Shown here: positions 34,786 to 49,790 of the stretch, piece by piece | Layout: the number at the start of each line of letters is the position of its first letter | Numbering within the stretch: position 1 is the stretch's first letter | NCBI RefSeq assembly: GCF_009914755.1 | Contig: NC_060948.1 | Reading direction: 5' to 3' (one strand) | DNA length: 64,000 nucleotides | DNA from: the human T2T-CHM13v2.0 reference genome, Homo sapiens | Program-made: the position numbers and the translations under genes | The notes under the pieces: generated by a model | Seen by the model: only the letters and a program-made list of their open reading frames with translations | What the model was told of the DNA's origin: nothing | The model's database searches: none

Positions 34786-36439
34786 TAAAATACAACCTTA
34801 AGACCTATATATAGTTATTTTAAGAGGTTTGCATTAAGAGTGAGAGAAAGGGTGAAAAGAAATTGTTTCATTTCTCAGAGATGTGAATAGCAGGCAATAT
34901 GATGTTACAAATGAACCACAATCTAAATGACAGCTAAGCTCACAACAATGCAGACAGTTTGGAGGTGAGAAGTTATGAAGTCCAAGAAAGACATCCATGT
35001 TATTTAGCTTACGACTCCCAAGAGAGTTCTTCATTCCATCTTCCAAACAAGTTCCAAAGAGGTAAAATGGGCTGGTTAGGCCTAAAGAATGAAATCTGTT
35101 TGTGAAACTACTCGTGGTTGCTAAAATCTGTTGTAACCGCATAAAATGAAGAGGTATCTGTAATAGAAAGAGAATAATGTTTTCTTCTGTCAACTCTTCA
35201 ATATTCAATCATTAAATTGCAATTTATCATGGAGGACAGATGAAAACCGTCTGTGAGATCTTCTACATCGAAAATAATTCATTTAATAAGAATCATTTTT
35301 CTTCAAGTCAGTCGCTGTATTTTGTCAATATTATTTTCCTTTAAACAAATTATCATCTTAACTACCTGTCTGATACCACTAAAACAGTAAAGAGAAACCA
35401 GAAGTTAATTTTGTAGATGAGCACAAACAACTCTAATGTCTTCTGGTTTTGTTGAATGAGATCTTTGTTTTTTTCAAAACTGAAAAAAACATGCATTTTA
35501 TCCCATTTTACAACAATGTGGATTTGCCCCTTCCATTGGATATACTGTTCCAAAGAATCAAGAAGATTTTGGTGACTGTTAATGTCCATATTTAAAGTGT
35601 TAAAATATTTTTCACATTTGTACCTAAAGATATTTTTAAAGAAACAAATTATAAATATATATTCTTTATGTTTTTGTTTGGTTTGGTTTGGTTTGGTTTT
35701 CCAGTGAAGATAATAGAAAATTGTCTTTCACAAAACAGGTCCCTTGTGCCAACTGTTTGCAAACAGTCACACATAGATGCATGCACACATAAATTATTGA
35801 GTAAAAGTTTTGAAGACAGAAACTCATAGTGTTATAGTAATTTGAGTGAAATAGAACAGAAATGTTGACTAGATTTCAGAAAAAAAATGTTTTGAGTAGA
35901 TCAAATAAATGAAAATAACTTGTTGATGCAAGAAAAAGGGAGTGTTGGTCACACGTGAGGCTATAGAACTGAAATAGGTCAGTAAGAATTACATATGCAA
36001 ATTACACTTACAACCCTAAGTTTACAGTTTAGCTATGGAATCTAGAACCTCAAACTGAGAGATACAATGGGGAGTCAGTGCATTACAGGTGCACTGCAGA
36101 CATTTAAAAGAAATCTAAGTGATATGCTAATACAGAGAAGGGAGCTGCTGTGAGTGAAACAGAAGGAAGCCCAGAAATCAGAAGATCCCTTTTTCTTTCT
36201 ACCTCTGAGATATCTACGAATTACCTTCCTGAAAGAACAATAAACTCTCATGAGAAGCTGCAGCTTGTTTTAGAAACTAGAAAGAGCTATATATTACAGT
36301 ATACAGTAAAAAGTTGTGTGACAGTGTTTTATTGTCATGCATGCCACAAATTAGACCTTGATAAAATGAAGGAGACAAAGGAAACAGAATCAAGCTGTTA
36401 TTAAGCTTTGTGTGTGTGTAAGGGTTGGAAGGGGCAGCC

Positions 36440-36690
36440 CTTCTCTTCATTGCACAGGTTGGAGTGCAGCAACACAATCACAGCTCAGGAGATGTTTTCA
36501 TCTCACTGTCCCAGGTAGCAGGGACTACAGGTGCAGACAATTACACTCACCTAGCTAGCTTTTTGCATCTTAATAGAGATGATATATCACCACGTTACTC
36601 AGGCTGGTTCTGATCTCCTGAAATCAAGTAATCTGGCTGCCTTGGCTTCCCAAAATGTTAAGACTACCAGTGTGAAGGAACGTGCCTGGC
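36440..36690 (-). mobile_element. Degenerate Alu, followed by TA-rich low complexity (36705-36860)
   Basis: ggttggagtgcagc..cacagctca..gggactacagg..gccttggcttcccaaa. Confidence 0.75.
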
Positions 36691-36703
36691 ACAAGCTTGC
36701 ATT

Positions 36704-36753
<50 letters not shown>

Positions 36754-39700
36754 CAAATATATATAGATACACACACATATATGCATATATATACACATAC
36801 ACATATGTATTATATAAAGGTATACATTATATATGCATATATAAGTTTATCATGTATATATTTTCTTGCAGGGCTAGAAAGGGGTACTTTCTTGACAGTG
36901 ATGAAAGTGTTCATTTGATAAGAAAAAATGTTTATTTGATGATGAGTAATGTTGATCTTTGATATACATAATCTCATGGATAAACATTACTCTAGAAACT
37001 AAAAGACGTCATTGATGCACTAATCTAATTTGAAAAGAGTAATGAAGGAACTTTAAGCATACACTGAAAGTCAGTGAAATGGCATTTTACCTTCCCGAGT
37101 AGCTGATACTACAGGCTCAAACCACCACACCTGAGTAGTTTTTGTATTTTTTGTGGAGACTGGTTTTTGCCATGTTGCCCAAGCTTATGAAATAATTTTT
37201 ATTATGTGTGATGACAGCACCATGGTCAAATTTTAAGGAAAATCTTTACAGATGTGTTCAAGCACTTATAGAGATAAAATTATATACTTGAGATTTGCTT
37301 CATTAGAGAACTGTTAGATCAAGGAAATGGCTACATTTTAATGTTTAGTTTATATAGAGAGTATAAATCTTATTATAATAAGAATTTAATTGTATCTTAA
37401 GTGATGAAAGAATACATGGCCTGTCTTTGCTGTGACAATTTTTGTCTCTTTCTATTCGGATAATACTAGTAGAAATGGCCAAGAAAGACAGCTATAATAT
37501 TACTTTTGTTTAAATATTTAACATCAAATACATTATGGATTTTAAGATATATTTAAAATTTTTAGTTTATGTAGAGTTGATTTCATCAAAATTAAATGAT
37601 AACTCACCCATAATTTACCTGAACTGTTTCCAAAAACTTTTGGGTACGTAGAATTGTAGTCAGAAAGCAGCTAAATCAAAAGATTGACCTGAAGATGTCT
37701 TAGGACACCAATATTGTACTCTTTACTATCTTCTGTCTTGTTTAATGCTAGTTTGTCTTCACATTTATGAGAATATTTAAATACATCATCGTGAGGATGA
37801 GCCTTACTCTAGAAGCCAAAAGGCATATCTTTAAAAGTATTGTGAAAGTAGTTGAATGAAATATATACCAAAACTGAGTTAATGAAATGATTCGCAATTT
37901 TTGTAGCATTTTCAAAGAACTTACTGTGTTTAATGTTTAGCGTTAGTGTTTATTTCACAGGTGGACCATCATAAAGAGTATACAGAAAAGTTATCAGTAG
38001 AAATAATAAAATAATAACATACCTCACAGGTAAGAAAATAGACTACAATCTTCTCAAGTCAACAGGATTGGAAAGAAATCAGTGCTCTGCCATAAATAAC
38101 TTACAAGAACTAAGTACTTTTTTCTCCTGGAATGCAGTGGCTTCTTGTGAGTATCATGGATTTTTGAGATTTACATGGTATAATTTATGTGATGTATTGA
38201 GAATTATTACAAATCAATAAATATGGCCATTAAGAGCAGTTGTGGAAGGATCGAGAGCATACACAGAAGTTCCAAAGGTCGTAATTTCCTTGTAGCTACA
38301 GAACAAAATACAGCTGTTTTACACATATGCAACATGTTTCTCTATGCTTTGGTATGCATCTGAGGTTTATGACACAGAAATAAAAATTATCTGCTTCATG
38401 TCCTGACGAAGTTCATGGCACAGAAAAAGTAGCTAGGCAGACATGCATGCCACAGTGAAGGGCTGGGACAACATAAAGCACAAGCAGCTAAGCACAATGG
38501 TGGGGACTTAATTTGAATGCTATATTCTATCTACTTCATTCGCTTCTTGCCAGTACAATTTGCCATCTCGATCAGTTTTCAATTCCAAACCCTAGAGGAA
38601 AAACCAGCTAGAGGATCAGGACCCAAATTCTATCTTTTTGTCCAGTAGTGGCTGTTAACCAAGTAAGAGTGGACATCCCATAAGGAGATCCTACAAAAAG
38701 GAATGTTACCCAAGTTGTAATGCCTGCATAGTGTGATCTGTCATACCTAGAAAGGCAGAGACAAGTGTGTGTTTTGTAATCCCCGTAAACTTTAAGAGCT
38801 AAGATGTTATTTGAAGGCAAAGTTACTTCTGATCACTGAGGAAAAGAAATGTAGAAATTTTGGAACTGTTTACTACAGTTAAAATGTTCTAATTTCTTTC
38901 TTTAGTTTCTATCAATATCTACGCAAATAAAAGCAAAGGAATGATAAACAGTTTGAGTGTAAACATTTCCAAAATTCAGGTTTTCTGTATTAACTTACTT
39001 AATAGCTACATCTTAAATATGTGATCTGCCACTAAAGCCTAACTTTTTGCTGCCTTATGATCAACCAAATACTTTTTATTTTCAACCAGGTGCTTTTACA
39101 CCTTTAGTAGCCTTATTGTAATTGTGAAATAATGTTGATAACAGGTCCATGTAGCATTATCTGAAAAACGATTTTTTTCTTAAGCAGAAGAATAGCTAAT
39201 TTGAGGAAAATATACAGAAAATCCTAAAAATAAACACAACTTATATAACACAGATAAAATTAAGGTCAAAAAATTAAATAGCATACTTCAAATACAAGAT
39301 GAGAATATACTTATTAAAATAAATATTTTTTATTCTTAAAATTCTGAATTGCATTTACCATGTCATACAAATATGATTGTATCAATTGTGCTTTGAAAAC
39401 AAACAAAAAATAATAAAAACTGTCAAGTAAACTTTCAAGTTATTAGATAGTGAGCATGAAAAATATGCCATTCATAGTATCTCAGATATTCTAGCCATAT
39501 TGTGAAAATGCAGTCCTGACAAAATCTCATGAAAGTACAGTAATCTCAGGAAGAAAAACAGTACCTGGTATGAGAATATTAAAAACAAATAAATAATTAA
39601 AATTTAACTCACACCTTTGTTACTCATCTTTGAACAATCATTGTCTACATCACCACATGTGTTTCTAATTGTAGAACTACTGTTTCTAAGCACTAACGTT

Positions 39701-40582
39701 ATGTATAGTTGCTAGATCACACAATTTATGTGACTAGTCACACCAGCCTCTTTGAGTCCCACAAGTCATTTTTGTGGGCAGGGTCTGATCGGGGGCAGAT
39801 ATTCCCACTATCTGAGTGTCTCACAACCTCAGAGAAGAAAAACTATGCTTATGCTACAAAAATGATGACTCTGTCCATAGTTCTTCTAATCAGGCTGGGA
39901 AATTCATTTTATCAGGCTAACACAGCAATTTTCAAATGGTACCTTAAATTTTTATATCACCAGAAACATGATCCAATATATGCACCATTAACTAGAGATA
40001 TCTTAATTCTGCATTTTTAATGGCATTGCTTCTGTAACAGTTTTATTTGAAAAAGTCATATCAGATGGTATAATATTAAATTTCCATGTACTAACACAGA
40101 CTTTAATCATTATGTGTTAACTGATTGAAAAACTTTTGTACTTAAAATAAGTGTATTCAATACACTGTCATCAGAAATTTATATAAATAGGACATTAGAG
40201 TTTTCTCAGTTCAAACTGAGCACTGCATACAAGTTATTGTTCTCAAACCTAAAAACTATAATCTTCACATAAATATCTGCTTTTTTCCTCATTACATAGT
40301 GATGATTAATTTATATTCATTTTATTATGAGATAAAGTCAATTAGGTGGTGTATTTAAAATCCCTGTGAGAACTAGAAATCTTCTCTATCTTATAAAACT
40401 GAACACAACTTACACATCAATCCATCTTAGATGTGGACTGCATAAATTAGAGCACATTGAATGCCAAGTTATGTAGCACAGAACAGAAATAAACAGATCT
40501 TCATGTATTGACAGGTGTGTCACTAAGTAAAAACAAATAACTATATTGTATATTTTATATTCTCATTTCTGTAAAAAAAGAT

Positions 40583-40638
40583 GAGAAGAAGAAGAAGAAG
40601 AGGAAGGAGAAGAAGAAGAAGAAAAAGAAAAAGAGGAA
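40583..40638. repeat. (AGA)n/(AGG)n purine-rich repeat
   Basis: Read directly; explains the poly-Arg and poly-Leu ORFs. Confidence 0.85.
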
Positions 40639-41098
40639 ATAGCTTTATGTATGAAGAAGTGCAAATACTTCCAAAAACATCTCTGGACCAGAAATACAAT
40701 ATTCGTGGCAAGTTAATAATTTTTCTTGCATGCCGTCTTATATATTTGGAAATATATATTAGCCACAAGGAAAGAAAAGATTGACTTAACGTTTCATAAC
40801 AGTAGTGGCTGCTTAAAAAAAAATTTAAAATATTTATTTACTCTGCCAATACAATAGTTAAATAAATTAACAAAAGTCTGTGTTTTTAAAACGGAAACTC
40901 TCCTCTTTACATAGATCCCACAGGACAAATAAAGATCTGTCCTTTTCAACAGTGAGTTTAGCTAGAAACTCCTGCAATGTGCCAAAAAATATACTCACAG
41001 AGAGAAACATATAAACTAACATAATTTCACATTTTCAATTAAATATCTGTACAGAATACTGTTGTTAATTATATTTGTAACTCTCTGATTTCCCTTGA

Positions 41099-41420
<322 letters not shown>

Positions 41421-42662
41421 TATTGTTTTTCAATTTACTTACATTACCTCTCGCTATGAGTTTCAGTTCTGCGTAAGATTTGAACATTGCTATCCATTTT
41501 GTTTAATTGATGTGGACATTTAAAAGTAATAACATGCACTCAGATGATCTCTTTTCACATTATGATTTTAAAATAATACTTCTCTTGGAATTTAACTAAA
41601 ACAACATTAAGCAACTTCAATGTTTGGGTTAGAAAAATCTTTTTAATGTATACATTTTTAGTATAAACTTTTTGTACCATTAAATTTGGTTTCTTCTTAC
41701 TCAACAGTCTTACTATTTTTTTTTTGTATATGATTAAATCAATTCCACTGTGTTAAATTACCAAAACCATATATGAGAACATTTAAGTAATACATCTTAT
41801 TTAAAAAAAAAAAAATATTCTCTGATATAAATGGTTTTAATTATATACCTGATGGCTACAAAATGTTAAGCTAGTTGATTAAAAGCAAAGCAAAACAAAA
41901 GCGATGAGTTAATTTTTTCTAAATGTAAATATAGAATTTCAAACAAAACTGTTATTAACGATAAAAAACCTCTTTATGATTTTAAATACCCACTAGTCAT
42001 TTCTTTGTCCATGTAATATATTTCCATCAAACAGACTGATATCTTTTTGAGATTTTTTTACCCAGCCAATCCTGTGCTGCAGGTAGCTCAAAACCAGGGT
42101 TGATGGTAGTGGGTGAACTATGGACCAGAACAGCCTGCTCTGCTAGCAGTTCTTTATTTCTTAAATATTGCAGGTGAACTTTTGATGCTGGGAAGATTTA
42201 AACATCAATTAATTCCTAGTAACTTACAAAAAGTAGTCACACAGTATTAGTAGAAACATAGCTTAAGAAAAAGTTGTCTTTCCAAGAAAATACCTTTTAA
42301 GTTTATTTGACATAATTAAACATCTTATTGTATCTTCAAACAATTTAGAATACTCTTACAAAAGAAAATCCAAAGGAAAAAAAAATGCAAGTGTAATCAA
42401 TAAATGCAATGAGTTTTCCAAATGAGATATGTAAAGCAATTTCTAAGATGTGAGAACTCTTCACCATAGAAAAATGACTTTCTACATAAACCTACTCTTT
42501 TAATTATGCATTAATGGAAATAAATTCATTTCCAATAGAGAGACAATGCACTTAAGTTATCTTTGTGAATTATGAGACATAAAACGAAACTCATCAAAAA
42601 TATGATATAAAAAATAAGGTTTGTAAGACCAGTGTATTTCTCAATTGGAAACTCAGACGAGG

Positions 42663-42935
42663 GCCGGCAAGCCTTGGTGGCTCATGCCTGTAATTCCGGC
42701 ACTTTTAGAGGCCAAAACAGGCAGAGTACTTGAAGCCAGGAGTTTGAGACCAGCATGGCCAATATGGTGAAAGCCCTTCGAGTGTGTTGGTGCATACCTG
42801 TAATCTCAGCTATTCAAGAAGCTGAGGAAGAATGAACATTTGAACTTGGGAGGCAGGGTGCTGCAGTGTGCTAAGATTGCACCACTGCACACCATCCAAA
42901 GAGACAGTGTGGGATTCCATTCTAAGAATAAAAGA
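42663..42935 (+). mobile_element. Alu (old, linker deleted); mirror of 28605-28863
   Basis: ggtggctcatgcctgtaat...ggagtttgagaccagc...gcaccactgcac; flanks are shared with the left-arm Alu. Confidence 0.88.
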
Positions 42936-43231
42936 AAATAAATTTGATCAATTAAGAATTGAGATATTCTACTTATTTGCTTTTCAATGCAGTTTGTGAC
43001 AACCCTGATTTGTAATTAGAAAATGTCTTAAATAAAGTGTGGCACACATTTCAGTTACTGTAACCTCCCTTCTAAGAAAATAAACCCTTTCTAGTTTTAT
43101 TTAATTTATTTAACTTTGTCTTGTATTAAGTTCCAGGGTACATGCAGGACATGCTGGTTCATTACATAAGTGACAGGATATTAGAACCGCAGAAAGTTAG
43201 ATAAAAATAAGATCTCATATAAAATTTGCAT

Positions 43232-43552
43232 ATTTGTTTTGTTTTGTTTTGTTTTTTAAGACAGAGTTTCACTATTGTGATGCAGGCTGGAGTGCAACGG
43301 CATGATCTCAGCTCATTCTCGCCTCCTGGTTTCAATCGATTCTCCTGCCTCAACCTCCGGAGTAGCTGGGATTACAGGCGACTGTCACCATGCCCAGCTA
43401 ATTTTGTTTGTTTGTTTACTTATTGTATTTTTAGTAGAGACAGGGTTACACCATGTTGGCCAGACTGGTCTCCAACTCCTGACCTAGGGTGATTCTCCCA
43501 ATTTGGCCTCCCAAAGTGCTGGGATTACAGGTGTGAACCACCCTGCGCGGCC
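43232..43552 (-). mobile_element. AluS-type element
   Basis: Dimeric Alu ending gcgcggcc. Confidence 0.92.
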
Positions 43553-44104
43553 TCTGCAAAATTGTTAAAACTGGTTTTTTTATTCATTCTTCATAACTCT
43601 TTAGAATAGTCAATGTCAACAATTTAGCTTCCAGAAGACACTAAGATATTTGGACATTTCAACCATGGGAAAAGGATGTTACTATTGCACTTAGTGGAAA
43701 AGGTCAGAAATGCTGCTCAACCTCTTACAATGCACAGCAAAAGTGCCTCCACAAAAAAAAAAAAGTATGTGAGTATATAATGTCAAAATCCAGGGATTAG
43801 AAATTGTGTTCCATTGGCAAGTTTCATAATCTGCTAAAAGAATGCTAATCTGAAGCCCAATGCCTATATTTCAGAAATATATTTTGTGAGAATCAGGTGG
43901 TTCCATGCAAATATGTTCTTGGGATTCAGGTGGTTCAACGCAAATACCAATTATGCAAATTTTATTTCTAAATAATGTTGAAATATAATACTTTCCAAAT
44001 AAGGATAAAATATGAAAATATTCAGGGTATTGACACTCAATTATCAGTGTCTCAGGATTTAAGAGAAGTAAGGCATTTAAACACAATTAGCTATGCTTCT
44101 TTTG

Positions 44105-44690
44105 TTACAGAATTTTAGGGGAGTCACTTTGCCAGATGAAAACCCCTGTGGCCAGTGGTGCCTTTGCTTGAGTTTTTCCCAGGCCTGCTACATGTGTTCT
44201 ACCCACTCTGCCTGACAGGCTGCACTCAGCTTGCATTAAGAGCCAGCATTTATCACCTGCCAAGGGCAAGCATGGTGGAGTGGTGAGTGTTGTATGAGCA
44301 AGTGTGGGCTCCAACCACTAAACTCATCCAGGCATGCCAGCTGTGGCAAAACAAGAAATTTTAGGTGCCAGCAGAAGTTCCGTCTCACTGAGAAGCAGCA
44401 GCTGGGCCAGGCATACTGCAGGCAGCATCCACAGCTGATACTGTGAAACGTAGTGGGGCCCAGAAGCTTGGAGATGCCAGAAAATGCAAAGCCCCTAAGA
44501 GGGTGTCACAGTCATGGCATCGAGAGCCCCTAAGTCTGTGCACCCTGAAGGGCCACAGCTGTCCTCTTATTTTTGTGTTCCACACTACGATAAGCAAGGG
44601 GGCGAGTTTTATCCATAGTTGTGTTACAGGTCATTCAGCCCTGATAGTCAGCTGATCTCAAATTATTGTTCTGCATCCCAGAAGAGAGAG
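44105..44690 (-). mobile_element. MER52-like LTR, 3' half; mirror of ~26890-27455
   Basis: ORF 44105-44314 MQAECSLSGRVGR matches ORF 27137-27481 MQAECSLSGRVGR on the opposite strand. Confidence 0.8.
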
Positions 44691-44694
44691 GTAC

Positions 44695-47600
44695 ATGCTG
44701 CCTTCAGTCTTTCCACCTCTACCTATAGAGATAAACCATGTGCTGGCTGAGGCCACAGTGATAGCCTCCCCTGAGTCAGTTGCCAGGTATGATAATGTTG
44801 ATTCTTCTCAGAGGCCACCCCCAACATCTCTGTTTGGTTCTAAGCCTATAACTAAACTAAAGTACTGGCGGGCTCTTTACGGTGATATTGAGAGTGCAAC
44901 CCATGAGAAGTTGTGGTAAACTGAAGAACAACTGTTTGAGTTCTATAATATACATGAACAGCAGGCTAGAGAACACAGAAGCAAATGGATATTAAGGGTA
45001 TGGGATAATAGCAGAAGGAACACAGGGTTGTATCAGGCTGAATTTATTGACTAGGGCTGACCTAGTAGGGACTCTGCATTTAAAGATGCAGCACAGGGAG
45101 CTAAGAATTTCTCATAGTTTATCTGCTTGGTTAGCTAAAATATGAATTCAAAGATGGCCCACTGTGAGTGAGCTCTATAAATGTCCGCTCTCCATTGGTT
45201 TAAAGTAAAGGATGAAATCCAAAGGCCTTGGGAGATTGGAATGGTGGAGTAGATTAGTTCACTTTAGACCTACTCATCCCAGCTGAGAGAGTCCAGAGGA
45301 TATACTCTTGATCAATGCCTTGTGAAATAGAGCAGTACCCGCATCTTTGAACAGCTCTGTAATTACTCTTCTCTGTGTGTCAGATCTAAGGGTGGGAACT
45401 GCAGCCACTAACTATAACATTTAAATACACTAGGGATAATTGAATCCCAAGGTGGCAGGAACCAAGTGGCAACACTCGACCATCAGAGGCAAGGTGGGTG
45501 TAGGTACCATAATGGACAGCTGTCGCAAAGCAGCAATCAGAAGAGTCTGACACCTGTGGAACCCTGGCACTGGCTAATTAATCAAGGTGTTCCTGGAAGT
45601 GAAATTGATAGAAAGCCTACTGCATTCCTACCTAAGTTATAGAAACAGAAAACTTTGGTGTCAAATAGATGAAGAACTATTCTAAATTATAAAGACAGAA
45701 CCACAGCTTCTCAACCTATTTCCACACCAGAGCCAATTTAAAGACACAGAACCCCTTGAATGAAGGGGAGGCTGGATCCCCTTGAGGAAAGACCCCACTC
45801 CATTACCAACAATTTATGCAGTGAATCTTTCTCTCCTTGTTCCTTAAGTAATGCCTGGACTTTTGTCAGGGTAACTGTGCATGGAAGAAAGGGAAATGAT
45901 CAGAATTTTCGGGCTACTGGACCCTGGATCTGAGCTGATACTGACTCCAGGAGACCCGAAACATCATTGTGGTTCTACAGTTAAAATAGAACCTTATGAA
46001 GGTCAGGCAATTAATAAAGTTTTAGCTTCCGTCAGACTTACAGTGGGTCGAGCGTGTACCTAGAGTCATCCTAAGGTCATTTTCCCAGTGCCAGAATGCA
46101 TTATTGGCATAGACACACTTAGCTGCTGGTAGAACCCCACATTTGCTTCCTGACCTGTAGGGTGAGGATTACTAAAATAGGAAAAGGCAAATGGAAGCCA
46201 TTTGAGCTTCCTCTACCTGAAAATACAGTAAATCCAAAACAATATCACAACCCCGGAGAGATTGTGAAGATTAGTACCATCATTAAGGACTTGAAAGACA
46301 CACAGTTGGTCATTACCAGCACATCTGAAAACAACTCTCCCATTTAACCTGTGCAGAAGACAAGTGGATCTTGGAGAATGACAGGAGATTTTGGTAAGCT
46401 TAACCACTTGGTGACTCGAATTGCAGCTGCTGTACCAAATGTGGTTTTATTGCTTGAGCAAATAAATATATCTCCTGGCATCTGGTATGCAGCCATTGAC
46501 TTGGCAAATGCCTTTTTCTTCACTCCTGTCCATAAGACCCACCAGAGGCAACTTGCCTTCACCCGACAATACCAGAAATACACCTTTACTCTCTTACCTC
46601 AGGGGTATACCAACTCTCTACCTTTGTGCCTTAATCTTTTTCAGAGAGATCTTGATTTCTTTTGGTGGCTGCAAGATATCACACTTGTCTGTTACACTGA
46701 TGACATTACGCTGATTTGATCCAGTGAGCAAGAAGTAGCAAACATACTGGACTTATTGGTGAGGCATGTTTATGCCAGATTATAGGAAATAAATCTGACT
46801 AAAATTCAGGGACCTTCTAGCTCAGTAAAATTTCTAGGGGTCCAGTGGTGTAAGACCTGTTGACATATTCCTGCTAAGGTAAAGAACAGTTTGCTGCATT
46901 TGGCCCCGATACAAACAAAAAAATGGGGGACAATGTCTAGTGGGTTTATTTGGATATTGGAGAAAACATATTCCTTATGTGAGGTTGTTACTCTCCCCCT
47001 TTTATTGAGCGACTTAAAAGGCTGCCAGTTGTGAGTAGTGTCCAGAACAGGAAAAAGCTGTGTAGAAGATCCAGGCAAGCTTTTCTGTCACTTGGGTCAT
47101 ATGACCTACAAGATATAATGGTGACTGAGGTGTCAGTGGTAGATAGGGGTGCTGTTTGGAGCCTAATGCCAGGATCTCACAGGTGAATCACAGCATAGGT
47201 CTCTAGGATTTTGAAGTAAGGGCCTGCCATCTTCTGCAGATAACCACTGTCCTATTGAGAGACAGCTCTTGGCCTGTTACTGGGTTTGGTGGAAGCTGAA
47301 CCCTTGTCTATAAGTCATCAAGTCACCAAGTGAACTGAAATGCCTATCATGAACTGGGTGCTTTCTGATCCATCTAGCCATAAAGTGGGTTGTCCATAGC
47401 AGAATTTTATCATCAAATGGAAGTGGTACATTCGTGCCCAGTCTCAAGCCAGTCCTGAAGGCACAAGTAATTTACATGCGTAACTGACTCAAATGCTCAT
47501 GTTCTCCAGTCTTGCCACCATGGCTTCTCCCCTCCAACCTGCACTGATAGTCTCATGGATAGTTCCCTGTGGTCAGTTGACAGAATAAGAGAAGACTATG

Positions 47601-49790
47601 GCCTGGCTCCAGATGGTTCTGCACCATATATGGAGCCACCACCCAAGAATGAACAGCTGCAGCAGTACAGATTTTTGCTGGGATATCCGTGAAGAACAGT
47701 GGTGAAGGGACCTCTTCCCAGTAGACTGAACGTCAAGGAGAAATAACCAGATGTGTGATTATATACTGGTTCATGGGCCATAACCAATGTTCTGGTTGGA
47801 TGATCAGGAACTTGGAAGAAGCATTATCAGTAAATAAGTGGCAAAGTAATTTAAGAGAGAGTTACGTAGATGAGCCTCTCTGAGTGGTCAAAAACTGTGA
47901 GGATATTTATATTTCATGTGAGTGTTCAACAACGGTGACCTCAGAAGAGGAAAAATTTTGTAAGCAAATGGATAGAATAAACCATCCTGTGGAAACCACT
48001 CAGTCTCTCTCCCGAGCTTCTGCTGTCATCACCCAGAGGGCCCATAAACAAAGTGGCCATGATTGCAGGGGTGAAGATTATGCACGGGTGCAGCAAAATG
48101 GACTTTTACTCACCAAAGCTAACCTGGCTATGGCCACTGCTGCATGCCCCATTTGCAAGCAACAGAGTCCAACACTGATCCGTCGATAGGGCACCATTTC
48201 TCAGGGTGCTTTCACTGGATATACGTTTGCCTATTCTGCATCCAATGCTTCTGCCAAGACTACCATCTGTGGACACGCTAAATACCTCATCCACCAACAT
48301 AGCATTCCACACAGCATTCCCTCTGACAAAGACACTCACCTTATGGCTAAAGAAGTGTGGCAGTGGGCTCCTGCTTATGTAATTCACTGGTCTTACCATG
48401 CCTCCCATCATCCTAGGGCAGCTGGATTAATAGAATGGTGAAATGGCCTTTTAAAGTTACAATTACAATACCAACCATGCGGCAAGACTTTGCAAACCTG
48501 GGGAAAAGTTCTCCAGACGGCAATGTATGTTCTGAATCAGTGTTGAACATATACTGTTTTTCCCATAGCCAGAATTATTGGGTACAGAAATCAAGGTGTG
48601 GAAGTGAAAATGTCCCCGCTCACCGTCACCCCTAGTGATCCACTAGCAAAATGTTTGCTTCCTGTTTCCTTTACATTATGTTCCGCGGGCTTACAGGTCT
48701 TAGTTCCAGGGGGAGAAATGTTGCCACCAGGAGACAGAATGACATTTCCATTAAACTGACAGTGAAGATTGTCCCCTTGGCATTTTGGGCTACTCCTGCC
48801 TTTCAGTCAACAGGCTAAGGAAGTGACAGTGTTGGCTGTGGTGACTGACTTGCATTAGCAAGATAAAGTCAGTCTACTATTTTACAATGGAGGCATGGAA
48901 GAATATACATGGAACACAGGAGATCCATTAGGGTGCCTGATAGTATTTAACTGCCCTGAGGTTAAGATCAACGGAAAATTACAACAGCCTAATTTTGACA
49001 GGACTGTGAGTGATCCAGAACCTTCAGGAATTAAGGTTTGGGTTACTCTAACAGAAAAGAAAGGAAGAAAGCAAGCAAGCAAGCCAGCAAGCAAGCCAGC
49101 CAGCAAGAAAGCAAGCAAGCAAGCAGGCAAGCAGGCAATCAGGCAAGCAGGCAAGCAGGCAAGCACGCAAGCACGCAAGCACGCAAGCACGCAAGCAAAC
49201 AAGAAAGAAAGAAGAAAAGAGAGAGAGGGAGGAAGGAAGAAAAGAAGGAAGGAAGGAAGGGAGGAAGGAAAGAAGGAAGGAATAGAGGAAGCAAGGGAGG
49301 AAGGAATGGAGGAAGGAAGGAAATAAAGAAGGAAGGAAGAAAGGAAATAAGTAAGTAAGGAAGGAAGGGGATTAGGGGTCTCAGCTGAGGTGTTTGTTGA
49401 ACGCCAAGGGAACACATAAAGGTTGGTAGAAGAAGGTAGACATCAACACCAGCTACAGCCAGGTGACCAGCTGCAGAAATGAGGACTTTAATTGTTCTAA
49501 ACAGTTCCTCTTTTTGTTAAAAAAAAGTTTGTGTGTGTATACACATGTAATAGTACCTTCATTTTTCTTTTTCTTTATTATGTGACATTAGATTTATTGA
49601 CATCAAATCAACATTTGAGTATGGTTAACTTCACATAATAGTGCTTGGATTTGGGATTGGTCAATTACTGGTTGTAATAAAGATAGTTGTATTACGTTAG
49701 GTGTAATCATGATGTTATTATTTTCTTTACTTGAGGATTAGGTATTCCCTTAGGAGATGTGTATGGGTTCAAGTTGTCAAGGGGTGGATT
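44695..49790 (+). mobile_element. HERV-L internal region (gag, pro, pol, dUTPase), degenerate; right copy
   Basis: Protease GLLDPGSELILTPGDP; RT GSWRMTGDFGKLN..IDLANAFF..LPQGYTNS..YTDDI; IN HKQSGH..CPIC; dUTPase ~48680-48950; PPT aaggggtggatt. Confidence 0.92.
49053..49370. repeat. Purine-rich compound microsatellite (GCAA/GCAG/GCAC)n-(GGAA)n inside HERV-L
   Basis: Read directly; source of the low-complexity ORFs at 48882-49417. Confidence 0.92.

Noticed and set aside
36579-36962. 127-aa YI-repeat ORF
   Set aside because: Produced by the (TA)n tract.
38020-38750. Minus-strand segments with ag/gt boundaries that look exon-like
   Set aside because: I could not match the translations to USP9 or another protein, and they lie between two consecutive USP9 exons.
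48882-49417. Long ORFs of 92-177 aa on both strands
   Set aside because: Translations of the compound microsatellite.
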